DNA of 64,000 nt, taken from positions 67,136-131,135 of the forward strand of contig JAZKZR010000010.1 in assembly GCA_045612805.1 (NCBI GenBank), in the 5' to 3' direction. This document shows positions 1 to 8,331 of this stretch, piece after piece; position 1 is the stretch's first letter, and the number at the start of each line of letters is the position of its first letter. Source of the DNA: Candidatus Enterousia sp. (GTDB taxonomy: Bacteria > Pseudomonadota > Alphaproteobacteria > Rs-D84). Under the pieces are notes generated by a model. It was not told the DNA's origin and searched no databases. It saw only the letters and a list, made by a program, of their open reading frames with translations. Made by a program: the position numbers and the translations under genes.

Positions 1-848
1 GGATTAAAATTTTCCGGGTCGCGCGCCCACGCATCCATCGCCGCACGATATGCGTGAACAACACTGCCCACATAGTATTCGCTGCGATTGCGCCCTTCGA
101 TTTTAAGTGAATCCGGCGCGGATTCCAACACATCGGCCAACCGTGGCATCAAACACAAATCTTTGCTGTTCATAATATATGCGCCGCGCGCGTCTTCTTC
201 TATCGGCATTTCAATACCACTTTCGCATTCGCGCAAAACCACATCGTATTTCCACCGGCACAGTTGCGCGCACGCCCCACGATTCGCCGGCCGCCCCGTG
301 ATAAAGTTCGATAGCAAACACCGCCCCGAATATGCCATACACATTGCGCCATGCACAAAAATTTCAAGTTTAATGTCGGGACACGCCCGTCGAATAGATA
401 TGAATTCGTTGTGTGAAACTTCGCGTGCAAGCACGCACAGCGACGCACCCGCCGCCTGCCAGAACTTTACGGACGCGGCGGAACAAATGTTCGCCTGGGT
501 CGAAATATGAATCGGAATATCGGGGTGATTTTTACGCACCCACATTAAAACACCCGGGTCGGACACAATCAGCGCATCAGGCGATAAATATCGAATTATT
601 TCCGACACGCGCGGCATATTTGCAAATTCAGAATCGTGCGCAAACAGGTTGAACGCCAAATAAACTTTTTTCCCCGCCGCATGCGCAAGTTCGATTCCGG
701 TTTTAACTTCATCGGTTGAAATTTTCGCCCGCGCCCGCATTGAAAACCCGGGCAGGCCGGCATAAATCGCATCCGCACCATACAAAATCGCGGTCCGAAA
801 CGCGTCCAGCGTCCCCGCCGGCGCCAAAAGTTCAGGTAGTTTCATCAT
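1..848 (-). CDS. Peptidase U32 family protein (collagenase-like); partial, C-terminus lies beyond window start
   Basis: Hand translation of the minus strand from the ATG at 848 gives MMKLPELLAPAGTLDAFRTAILYGADAIYAGLPGFSMRARAKI...CAQLCRWKYD with no stop down to position 1. The ELLAPAG...YGADA N-terminus and the Cys-rich region are typical of the U32 family. It is absent from the ORF track because there is no in-window stop. Confidence 0.7.
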   Translation of the reverse strand, partial: MMKLPELLAPAGTLDAFRTAILYGADAIYAGLPGFSMRARAKISTDEVKTGIELAHAAGKKVYLAFNLFAHDSEFANMPRVSEIIRYLSPDALIVSDPGVLMWVRKNHPDIPIHISTQANICSAASVKFWQAAGASLCVLAREVSHNEFISIRRACPDIKLEIFVHGAMCMAYSGRCLLSNFITGRPANRGACAQLCRWKYDVVLRECESGIEMPIEEDARGAYIMNSKDLCLMPRLADVLESAPDSLKIEGRNRSEYYVGSVVHAYRAAMDAWARDPENFN

Positions 849-925
849 AAGTGTAATACTAACCCGCCCCCCGCCATTTGCAAGATTTTTTTGAAATTTG
901 TTAATGCACACTTAAAACAAACCAG

Positions 926-1006
926 GTTGATTATTCCAGAACGCCATCATACCGCCGAAGGGCGGTATCCAGTTTTTGCGAATGCAAAAACCTGCGTCGC
1001 AGACAT
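926..1006. repeat. Truncated copy (left half only) of MITE-like palindromic element family 1 (ttattccagaa...gtttttgcgaatgcaaaaacctgcgtcgcagaca)
   Basis: About 80 bp nearly identical to the left half of the elements at 3308-3494 and 33917-34096. The right arm is missing. It sits upstream of tRNA-Thr. Confidence 0.7.
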
Positions 1007-1077
1007 CAAATAAATTGTCACATCTTGAAATTTTTTCTTGCTTTACCTGGTGCGATATGTATAATTACATGCACATT

Positions 1078-1153
1078 GCCAGTTTAGCTCAGTTGGTAGA
1101 GCATCTGATTTGTAATCAGAGGGTCGTTGGTTCAAGTCCGACAACTGGCACCA
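1078..1153 (+). tRNA. tRNA-Thr (anticodon UGU)
   Basis: 76-nt cloverleaf with acceptor gccagtt/aactggc, D-arm gctcagttggtagagc, anticodon stem tctga/tcaga with loop tttgtaa (UGU), T-arm gttggttcaagtccgac and an encoded CCA. Confidence 0.9.
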
Positions 1154-1190
1154 GGAAATTTTTAAGCCCACGCACCAAGCGTGGGTTTAT

Positions 1191-1225
1191 AAAAAAAACG
1201 GAATCAGATGATTCCGTTTTTTTAA
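1191..1225. terminator. Bidirectional rho-independent terminator between tRNA-Thr and cvpA
   Basis: Hairpin aaaaaaaacggaatcagatgattccgttttttt with an A-run on one side and a T-run on the other. It serves the convergent tRNA (+) and cvpA (-). Confidence 0.7.
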
Positions 1226-1959
1226 TTTTTTCCCTGTCGTTCTTTCTCGCGCTGTTCGACCGCGTTGGCGACATTTTCAATTTGCAGTAATTGATTTTCC
1301 AGTGCGCCCCGTTCGGAATTTTTATATCCCGTTTCTTCCGCATTTGTTGGCGCGCCGTCTTTCGATTTGTTCGAATCATCAACCACACGCGGGTTTATCA
1401 GGTTATCGTAAATCCGCTGTGCTTCACGCGAACCTTCGATATCACGTAACAACAATTTACTTGTTTGCCCCGGTATAAACCATTCGTCCAACTTTAATGC
1501 CGTCACCTGCATCACCGGACGCGTGCGCGCATCGGTAATCCACGCCGGCACACTTGGCGTGTCTGAAAAATACCAAAGCGCAACCCAATAGAAAACGCCC
1601 ATCACAACAATGCCGCGGACAATTCCAAAGATTACGCCCAATGTATGGTCGGTGACACTCATCACACTGGCCTGAATTTTATCGCGCAGTTTTTGATTAA
1701 AGAATCCCACAACAAGCAATATAACAAAAAACACGATGAAATACGATGCGACCAATGTGCCCACGGTTGATTCGGGCAACCCGAACCAACCCTGAAGCAA
1801 TTTATCAAGCATCGGCGACACGAACCGCGCGGTCACCGCCGCCACAACCCAAGACAAGGTTGCGATGGTTTCATAAATTCCACCGCGTATCGTCGCCCAT
1901 ACGGTTGACGCAAGCAATATCCCAACATACGCATAATCAAGTCCGGTCAAATTAAACAT
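1222..1959 (-). CDS. cvpA: CvpA family membrane protein (colicin V production protein-like)
   Basis: 245-aa ORF with four N-terminal TM helices and a polar C-terminal tail. The sequence pattern and size match CvpA/DedE. Confidence 0.7.
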   Translation of the reverse strand: MFNLTGLDYAYVGILLASTVWATIRGGIYETIATLSWVVAAVTARFVSPMLDKLLQGWFGLPESTVGTLVASYFIVFFVILLVVGFFNQKLRDKIQASVMSVTDHTLGVIFGIVRGIVVMGVFYWVALWYFSDTPSVPAWITDARTRPVMQVTALKLDEWFIPGQTSKLLLRDIEGSREAQRIYDNLINPRVVDDSNKSKDGAPTNAEETGYKNSERGALENQLLQIENVANAVEQREKERQGKN

Positions 1960-2064
1960 CGTGCTTTCCTGTTATTCATTTCTTTTTGCGGCAAAGAACG
2001 AAAACCAATCCCACAACAAAAATCCCAAGTATTCCGTAATAGAACCAGTTCGCGTTCCATTTAA

Positions 2065-2550
2065 TTAGTTTTTTTTTGCGTCCGCGTTTTCGGTCTTTTC
2101 AACAACGCGTTCAACAACCGCCGCCGCGCGGTCCGCATGTGCACTGCGAAACGCGGCCGCATCAGATTCCATTGCTTTCTTGTTATCGGCGGCAACCCCC
2201 TTGGCGGCATCGTCCATATCAATTTCTATCGCCGCACGGATTGAATCACCCATGGAATCGCCATAACCCTGGAAACATTTTTCACCAACGACCATCACCG
2301 GCACACCACCCGATTCGTATTCGCACTTTTTAAGTGTCGCCATAAATTCATCACGATTTGCGGCGTCCATAACATTGACCGTTGTCACATTCAGATTCGG
2401 ATATTCGTAAATCAAATTCTGCGAAATAAATTCACGCGCATGATGACAGTGCGGACACGTCGGCGAATAGTAAATCGTAATATCCGCGGCCATCGCATTA
2501 CCAATAAACATCGCACCCGCAAGTGCACCAAACAAAGTTGCCTTTTTCAT
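2065..2550 (-). CDS. Secreted thioredoxin-fold thiol:disulfide oxidoreductase (DsbA/glutaredoxin-like, CPHC active site)
   Basis: Internal start MKKATLFGALAGAMFIGNAMA (signal peptide) preceded by the RBS aggagaaaaa. A CPHC motif follows the signal peptide. The track ORF extends further upstream without an RBS. Confidence 0.6.
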   Translation of the reverse strand: MKKATLFGALAGAMFIGNAMAADITIYYSPTCPHCHHAREFISQNLIYEYPNLNVTTVNVMDAANRDEFMATLKKCEYESGGVPVMVVGEKCFQGYGDSMGDSIRAAIEIDMDDAAKGVAADNKKAMESDAAAFRSAHADRAAAVVERVVEKTENADAKKN

Positions 2551-2692
2551 TTTTTCTCCTTTATTACTTTGCATGGTGATTATAGAAACATACATTATCA
2601 TAGCGCAAGTGGTTTTTAATAAAAAACAAACATTTTTTCCTATGGTCACGGCCACGTATTTTTGCAAGAATGCCCACAAAGGAGATAGAAAA

Positions 2693-3286
2693 ATGTTTAA
2701 CCTTGCCGAATATCCATTACCTTTTCGTGAAACAGACCTGGTCCCGTATATGTCGGTTGAAACGGTGCGTACGCATCACGATAAACACATGGGCGCATAC
2801 ATTGCGAACCTAAATAAACTAATCGACGGAACAGAATACGCCGACATGGATTTGCGCGAAATTATTTTGAAATCGCACAGGGATAAAAACGCGACAAAAA
2901 TTTTTAATAACGCGGCGCAAATTTTTAATCACGAATTCTTTTTCAATTGCCTTGGGCGCGGGAATACTTTGATTCCAGATTTAATATCGGATGCGTTTGG
3001 CGGCGTGTCCGAATTCAAAGAAAAATTCAAATCGGTCGCGAACGATGTCTTTGGTTCGGGCTGGGTTTGGGTTGTACAAAATTCAAATAAAAAATTTGAA
3101 ATCATATCGACCGCAAATGCGGATACACCAATTGTCCATGGGTTAAAACCTGTGCTGGTTTTGGATTTGTGGGAACACGCATATTATTTGGACTATCAAA
3201 ATCGGCGCGCGGAATTTATTGATAATTTCCTGGAATTTTTAATCGATTGGAAATTCGTTCTTGATAATTTGAATGTGGAAGGTTAA
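2693..3286 (+). CDS. sodB: Superoxide dismutase [Fe]
   Basis: Starts MFNLAEYPLPF...HHDKHH with the RBS ggagatagaaaaatg. The FNNAAQIFNHEFFF motif (AAQ-x-NH) is the Fe type rather than the Mn type, and the DLWEHAYY motif near the C-terminus is present. Confidence 0.85.
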   Translation: MFNLAEYPLPFRETDLVPYMSVETVRTHHDKHMGAYIANLNKLIDGTEYADMDLREIILKSHRDKNATKIFNNAAQIFNHEFFFNCLGRGNTLIPDLISDAFGGVSEFKEKFKSVANDVFGSGWVWVVQNSNKKFEIISTANADTPIVHGLKPVLVLDLWEHAYYLDYQNRRAEFIDNFLEFLIDWKFVLDNLNVEG

Positions 3287-3307
3287 AGCACAATTAAAAC
3301 GGAACGA

Positions 3308-3494
3308 GGTTATTATTCCAGAATGCCGTCACCCCGGCGAAGGCCGGGGCCCAGTTTTTGCGAATGCAAAAACCTGCGTCGCAGACATTTATGTTTTTCA
3401 TCGCTTTGCGATGAAAAATCCCCTGCGGGGCAAACCATCGCTGTCGCGATGCCTGGGCACCGCTCTTCAGCGGTGTGACGATTCTCTGGAATTT
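3308..3494. mobile_element. MITE-like palindromic element family 1, full-length copy (imperfect terminal inverted repeats ttattccagaa ... ttctctggaat)
   Basis: About 187 bp, non-coding, with nested hairpins (ccccggcgaaggccgggg; gcatcgctttgcgatgaaaaatc; caccgctcttcagcggtg). It shares its ends and several internal modules with 33917-34096 and with the partial copy at 926-1006. The track ORFs inside it are spurious. Confidence 0.7.
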
Positions 3495-3546
3495 TAAGTG
3501 TCACATATTAATCGTGTATTAACATAATTTGAATGTGGAATAATTT

Positions 3547-3849
3547 TTACGCGGCAAGTTTCATAAGTCTAACATCATCAAATTCCGCATACCGGTTAAA
3601 GATTGACTGCGCCCGCGGGCAAAGCGATAAAATCTTTCGATGTTCCCGGCGCGCAGATTCCACAACGCACCGCACCAGGTTTTTGCATACATCACTGTTT
3701 TCAAACGCGCCATCGATTTGCGTGGATTCAATGATTAAACGATTTGCGCCGACATAGACAATATCTATTTCACCGATTATTTTACCGTCACACTTTGCGC
3801 AAAATCCATTTCCATTTGAAAGTTTTTGGTATTCAATATCTAATGACAT
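3547..3849 (-). CDS. Small GNAT-like N-acetyltransferase (about 100 aa, YjdJ-like)
   Basis: 100-aa ORF with a beta-rich N-terminus and a ...RREHRKILSLCPRAQSIF...-type acetyl-CoA-binding segment. Assignment is by pattern only. Confidence 0.4.
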   Translation of the reverse strand: MSLDIEYQKLSNGNGFCAKCDGKIIGEIDIVYVGANRLIIESTQIDGAFENSDVCKNLVRCVVESARREHRKILSLCPRAQSIFNRYAEFDDVRLMKLAA

Positions 3850-4261
3850 ATTGCCCCCCTTATACCAAAACTATACCACGCGCGGCGTGCGGTATGAATA
3901 TGAATGTTTGCCAAAATTCGGGTATGTTTTCCGCAATATTATGCTTCGTCATCTATTAACACTTGCACAAACCTAAATATATCAACGTTATGTAATGCGC
4001 CGTTTTTTGTATTGATTTTTTACCCAATATAATGTACCATCTTGCTTGATGATGGTGGTTTGCCGTCGTCTGGAGATTCCAAACTCCATACTTCGTTGTC
4101 AGTGATGACATAAAAAATCTCCAACCTATGGGTTGGAGTGTGTGGAATATATTGAATACACACAACAATCCTCGAAGTATTGTTTTGGAAACTCCAGCCC
4201 ACTAAGATTTTTTCTTGTTGGGTATTTTTATTATACAAACAATACACAAAGGAGATTAAAA

Positions 4262-4627
4262 ATGAAATTAAACAAATTTCAAAAAGCCACTTTTGATACA
4301 ATAAAGGAATTGGCCGAAGAAAAGAAAAATCAGATAAAATTTTCGGCTGATAAAAATGGTGTGCATCGCAATTATGTTTTGCTTTCGCCCGATACGAATG
4401 AACAAATTTTTACAATAAAATTTCGCGCAGCAACCGAAAATTTACCGTGGCGTTGTGATTTAATTGTGGACGGTGAAAATGTAAATTTACCCCAAGATTC
4501 AATCTATGAAATTATGGAAATTTTGCGTGACAGACACGTCACAGGAAAAGAGATTGATAAAAAAGTTACGGAACACATGGACCAAACAAAGGTTCTAAAA
4601 TTTTTGGGCCGTTTCCAAACAAAGTAA
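4262..4627 (+). CDS. Hypothetical protein (121 aa)
   Basis: ATG with the RBS aaaggagattaaaaatg. No recognisable domain. Confidence 0.45.
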   Translation: MKLNKFQKATFDTIKELAEEKKNQIKFSADKNGVHRNYVLLSPDTNEQIFTIKFRAATENLPWRCDLIVDGENVNLPQDSIYEIMEILRDRHVTGKEIDKKVTEHMDQTKVLKFLGRFQTK

Positions 4628-4683
4628 TAAATATGGTCGGATAACACATCCGACCAATTGGATTCTGTGAAGGGGGGGTAGGT

Positions 4684-5919
4684 ATGAAAAAAATTTTAGT
4701 CGTTTTATGTTTGTATGCTATCACGGCTCCAACTTATTCCGCAACGAATTGCGTAATGATCACGCCTACCCGCGGCGAAGATACTACTACAGGTGCCTGG
4801 ATCCAAAGAACTTCTACGTATGATTATTATTACTGTGGTGAGCATACTGGGGACGATTATGGTTGCCCCAACGCTGTTGATATTTATACAAATTTTGGTC
4901 CAAGTGGTCCAGGTTTCTACACGTGTTATTCTAATATCCCCAAGTGGTCATTTGTTGAACCTACACGTTGGATTGCTGATTGTGCAAATGACCCTGTGAC
5001 AGACCGTAATGCACGTGATGAAGTTGAAGGAGATCCGGACGATTATGTGTTCTTTTATAATTATGATGTCGGTGAAAGTGCAAAAAATATATGTAAATTT
5101 TCACGAAGCGAACTTGAATCTTACACGGCGGATTGTGAATCGACTGGCGGTGAAAAAAATTTTTACAGATATCGCTGTTTGTGTTCAGATCCATACGAAA
5201 ATGATGGTCCATATAAATGTAAACCAAAATCAAAATTTAATTATAAATCCTGTTCGTCTGATTCTGATTGTACGGGCATAGATAACACAGTGCGGCCGTA
5301 TTTGCATTCGACGGCGTGGCACTGTGCGTGGCAAAGTGCGGGTGTGCGTGTTTGCACCGCAACCGCGTGTGAATCGGGGTGGACGCCGATAAATGGATAT
5401 TGCCAGGAAGATAAAAACATCCAAACACCGCAATCCGAAAATAAAAATGCCAATTCGGTATCCAATATCAAAACCGAAACGAAAGCGGGCACAAAGAAAC
5501 CCTGTACTGATTTGGATAATATGGATTCGAATTGCAAATGCATTGTTGCGGGAACTGTGGAACGTAACGGAACATGTGTTTGTTCGGATTCCGACAAAGA
5601 AATCAAAAATGGCAAATGCGAATGGACGGCAAAATATGTGGCGGGTTTGGAAAGCGACCTGGACAGCAAATTTAACGGTTTAACCGCAACGATTGGTGGG
5701 TTCGAAAAGAATGTTTGGCGTGATGAAAACGGCGAATTTAACACCGCGCGCCTTGCGTCGGACAGTATTGCGGGTGTTGTTTTGGGGACCGTTGGCGGAA
5801 TTGTGACGTCAAACCTTGTCAAAAAGGCCCAGGTTAAACAGGGCTTCGAAGACATCGGTTGCTATATCGGCGGTCAATCCGTCGCCGGCTATGGCGATGA
5901 ATTTAATGTCGGACGCTAG
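4684..5919 (+). CDS. Secreted cysteine-rich protein (411 aa, about 40 Cys) with signal peptide
   Basis: N-terminus MKKILVVLCLYAITAPTYSA preceded by the RBS ggggggtaggtatg. Cys-rich modules (CxC, CxxC spacing) run throughout, and the C-terminus is Gly-rich. No enzyme motif was found. Confidence 0.55.
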   Translation: MKKILVVLCLYAITAPTYSATNCVMITPTRGEDTTTGAWIQRTSTYDYYYCGEHTGDDYGCPNAVDIYTNFGPSGPGFYTCYSNIPKWSFVEPTRWIADCANDPVTDRNARDEVEGDPDDYVFFYNYDVGESAKNICKFSRSELESYTADCESTGGEKNFYRYRCLCSDPYENDGPYKCKPKSKFNYKSCSSDSDCTGIDNTVRPYLHSTAWHCAWQSAGVRVCTATACESGWTPINGYCQEDKNIQTPQSENKNANSVSNIKTETKAGTKKPCTDLDNMDSNCKCIVAGTVERNGTCVCSDSDKEIKNGKCEWTAKYVAGLESDLDSKFNGLTATIGGFEKNVWRDENGEFNTARLASDSIAGVVLGTVGGIVTSNLVKKAQVKQGFEDIGCYIGGQSVAGYGDEFNVGR

Positions 5920-5952
5920 TTCCCTCAAATGGGACATCACTTTCGCTGTGTA

Positions 5953-6882
5953 TCAAATCCGTGAAAAGTTTTTTTGAATTATCTTTCCGCTTTTGCGCAG
6001 TGCCGCCGATTCCGCCGGTGACATTTTTGGCGCCAATGTCGCAACAACACCGTTCGCGCCAACAATGCGTGGCAAAGACATTGCAATCACATGTGCGCCC
6101 GTGCCCGTGACGATTGATACAGTTAAAATTCTGTGCTCGTCATTTATGATGCACTTTATCAAATCTGCAACCGCGGCGCCGATTCCGTCCCATGTTGCGC
6201 CACGCCCGCGAATAATTTCATACGCCGCATTGCGAACGTGTTCTTCGATACTGGTGCGAATTGTGGCGGTCAGTGGAATTTTCACCTGGCGACAGAAATC
6301 ATCCAACGACAGTCCGCCAACCGTAATCGACGACCAATCAATAACACTGGCGTCGCCATGTTCGCCAAGGACATAGGAATGAATCGATTGCGGCGACACG
6401 GCAAGTCCCCGTGCCAATATCGTACGCAAACGCGCACTGTCCAACATTGTGCCGGTTCCAATCACGCGCGCCGGCGGCAATCCCGAAATTTCCTGGGCCA
6501 ACATAACCATTACATCCAACGGGTTCGTCACGATAATTAAAATTACACGTTTTGAATCAACGTTCGCCATCACGCGCGGCACAATATCGCGAATAACCGC
6601 GGCATTGTTTTGCAATAAATCTGTCCGTGTTTCGCCGGGCTTTTGATTCTTGCCGGCGGCAATAATAACAATGTCCGAACCACGAATTGCGCGATAATTA
6701 CTGGCCGCGGAAATGTTCACATCAAAACCAAAACTTGCCGCATGACCCAAATCTTCGGCGGCGGCACGCGCCCGCACCGCATCGCGGTCAAACAAAACAA
6801 TTTCATGCACAAGTCCCGTATTCTTTACCGCCGTCGCAACGGCCGAACCAACGGTCCCCACACCAATAATCGCCACTTTCAT
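5953..6882 (-). CDS. ldh: L-lactate dehydrogenase (LDH/MDH family, Gln at the substrate-specificity position)
   Basis: MKVAIIGVGTVGSA Rossmann fold. The AGKNQKPGETRTDLL motif (Q-type, LDH-like) and GTGTMLDSARLR are present. Confidence 0.75.
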   Translation of the reverse strand: MKVAIIGVGTVGSAVATAVKNTGLVHEIVLFDRDAVRARAAAEDLGHAASFGFDVNISAASNYRAIRGSDIVIIAAGKNQKPGETRTDLLQNNAAVIRDIVPRVMANVDSKRVILIIVTNPLDVMVMLAQEISGLPPARVIGTGTMLDSARLRTILARGLAVSPQSIHSYVLGEHGDASVIDWSSITVGGLSLDDFCRQVKIPLTATIRTSIEEHVRNAAYEIIRGRGATWDGIGAAVADLIKCIINDEHRILTVSIVTGTGAHVIAMSLPRIVGANGVVATLAPKMSPAESAALRKSGKIIQKNFSRI

Positions 6883-6916
6883 CTCTCTACTCCTTTGTGT
6901 GGATTATAGCATATTT

Positions 6917-6998
6917 TAGTGGCAAGTGTTAGTGATTAGTGTAAGTAAAAAAACACGGGCGCAACCGCGCCCGCACTAACACTAATCACTTACCACTA
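6917..6998. repeat. Palindromic intergenic element family 2 (gtgttagtg...cactaacac arms)
   Basis: tagtggcaagtgttagtgattagtg ... cactaacactaatcacttaccacta forms a long imperfect palindrome with a GC-rich centre. Related copies are at 52448-52540 and 56626-56746. It lies between the ackA stop and the ldh start. Confidence 0.7.
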
Positions 6999-8237
6999 TT
7001 TCGAAAACGAATAATCCATTTTCAGGTGATCCGGATTATACGTGCCGTTCATAATTCCGATTGTATCTTCGACGATAACGATTTCTTCGTTTGTTGGAAT
7101 CATAAATATCTTTACGCGACTGTCGTTCGCGCTGATTACAGATTCGCCCGCATCCAATCGCGCCAACGCCCGCGCATTTTTATCCGCATCGATTTTGATG
7201 CCTAATTCTTCTAATCCCTCACAGAATTTCCAGCGCAGGTAATCGTCGTTTTCGCCCACGCCCGCGGTAAAGACCAACGCGTCCACATGCCCCAGTTCCG
7301 CCATAAACGCACCGATATATTTCTTTACGCTGTGCACCTCCATTTCCAGCGACAACTTGCAATCAGGATTTGTTTCGCGGTTGCTTTCAACATCGCGGCG
7401 GTCGGCAAAGCACTTTGTAATACCGACATGCCCGGAATCTTTATTCATGTGCTTTGTCATCTGTTCCGGCGAAAGTTTTAATTTATCCATGACATAGAGC
7501 AACGCACCCGCATCCACATCGCCCGGCCGCGTTCCCATCATCAATCCCGCCGTCGGCGTCATGCCCAATGTCGTATCAACCGCGCGCCCACCCTGAATCG
7601 CAACACCCGACGCGCCCGAACCGATATGCATAGTAATCAAATTGCAATCCGAGGCTTTCCGCCCCAACATAACCGCGGCACGCTTTGACACATACAAATG
7701 GCTTGTCCCATGGAAACCATAGCGGCGCACGCCCAATTCGCGATACCACGCGTCCGGCACCGCATAGCGATACGCGTATTCCGGCATAGTTTGCAAAAAC
7801 GCGGTGTCAAAGACCGCAACCTGGGTCGCGTTCGGTAACATTTGGCGCGCGCTTTCGATGCCCATCAGTGATGCCGGAATATGCAACGGCATCAAATCGC
7901 GCCAGTTCTGAATTTCGCGCATAACTTCATCAGTAATTTCAACGGACGAAGCATATTTAGAACCGCCCATAACCACGCGGTGCCCAACACCACGAATTTC
8001 GTTCATATCGACTGATGCCGCACGCAGCATGCCCATAACGACATTTAACGCATCGTTATGATTTTGCATTGGGGTTTCTTTGCGTTCTTTTTTACCATCA
8101 GGATATTTTTGCGTGATAAAAGAATCCGGTGACCCGATTTTTTCAACATTACCACCAACAATTTGCTTTTTTGAATCGGCATCAAAGATTTGATATTTCA
8201 AACTGGATGACCCACAGTTCAGCGCCATAATATACAT
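6996..8237 (-). CDS. ackA: Acetate kinase
   Basis: 413-aa ORF starting MALNCGSSSLKYQ (conserved acetate/propionate kinase N-terminus). The HIGSGAS and EGLEELG motifs are present and the RBS is aaaggaaag. Confidence 0.85.
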   Translation of the reverse strand: MYIMALNCGSSSLKYQIFDADSKKQIVGGNVEKIGSPDSFITQKYPDGKKERKETPMQNHNDALNVVMGMLRAASVDMNEIRGVGHRVVMGGSKYASSVEITDEVMREIQNWRDLMPLHIPASLMGIESARQMLPNATQVAVFDTAFLQTMPEYAYRYAVPDAWYRELGVRRYGFHGTSHLYVSKRAAVMLGRKASDCNLITMHIGSGASGVAIQGGRAVDTTLGMTPTAGLMMGTRPGDVDAGALLYVMDKLKLSPEQMTKHMNKDSGHVGITKCFADRRDVESNRETNPDCKLSLEMEVHSVKKYIGAFMAELGHVDALVFTAGVGENDDYLRWKFCEGLEELGIKIDADKNARALARLDAGESVISANDSRVKIFMIPTNEEIVIVEDTIGIMNGTYNPDHLKMDYSFSK

Positions 8238-8331
8238 ATTCTTTCCTTTTGGTTAAAATTATTCCGTGGCAAACAATAGCAAACAAATTTGATAGTTTCA
8301 ATAAAAAACGCCCACAACCGTGGGCGTGGAT

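Noticed and set aside
88-510. 140-aa plus-strand ORF at the window start
   Set aside because: It lies antisense to a continuous, well-conserved peptidase U32 reading frame on the minus strand (1-848). The composition is Arg/Ser/Ala-rich 'shadow' type and there is no RBS.
3273-3504. ORFs of 74 aa (+) and 63 aa (-) between sodB and the GNAT gene
   Set aside because: They lie entirely within a MITE-like palindromic repeat. The same ORF shapes recur inside the other copy (33922-34326), which marks them as repeat artefacts.
5993-6909. Several 60-135-aa plus-strand ORFs inside ldh
   Set aside because: They are antisense to a strongly conserved LDH reading frame, Arg/Pro-rich, with no RBS.
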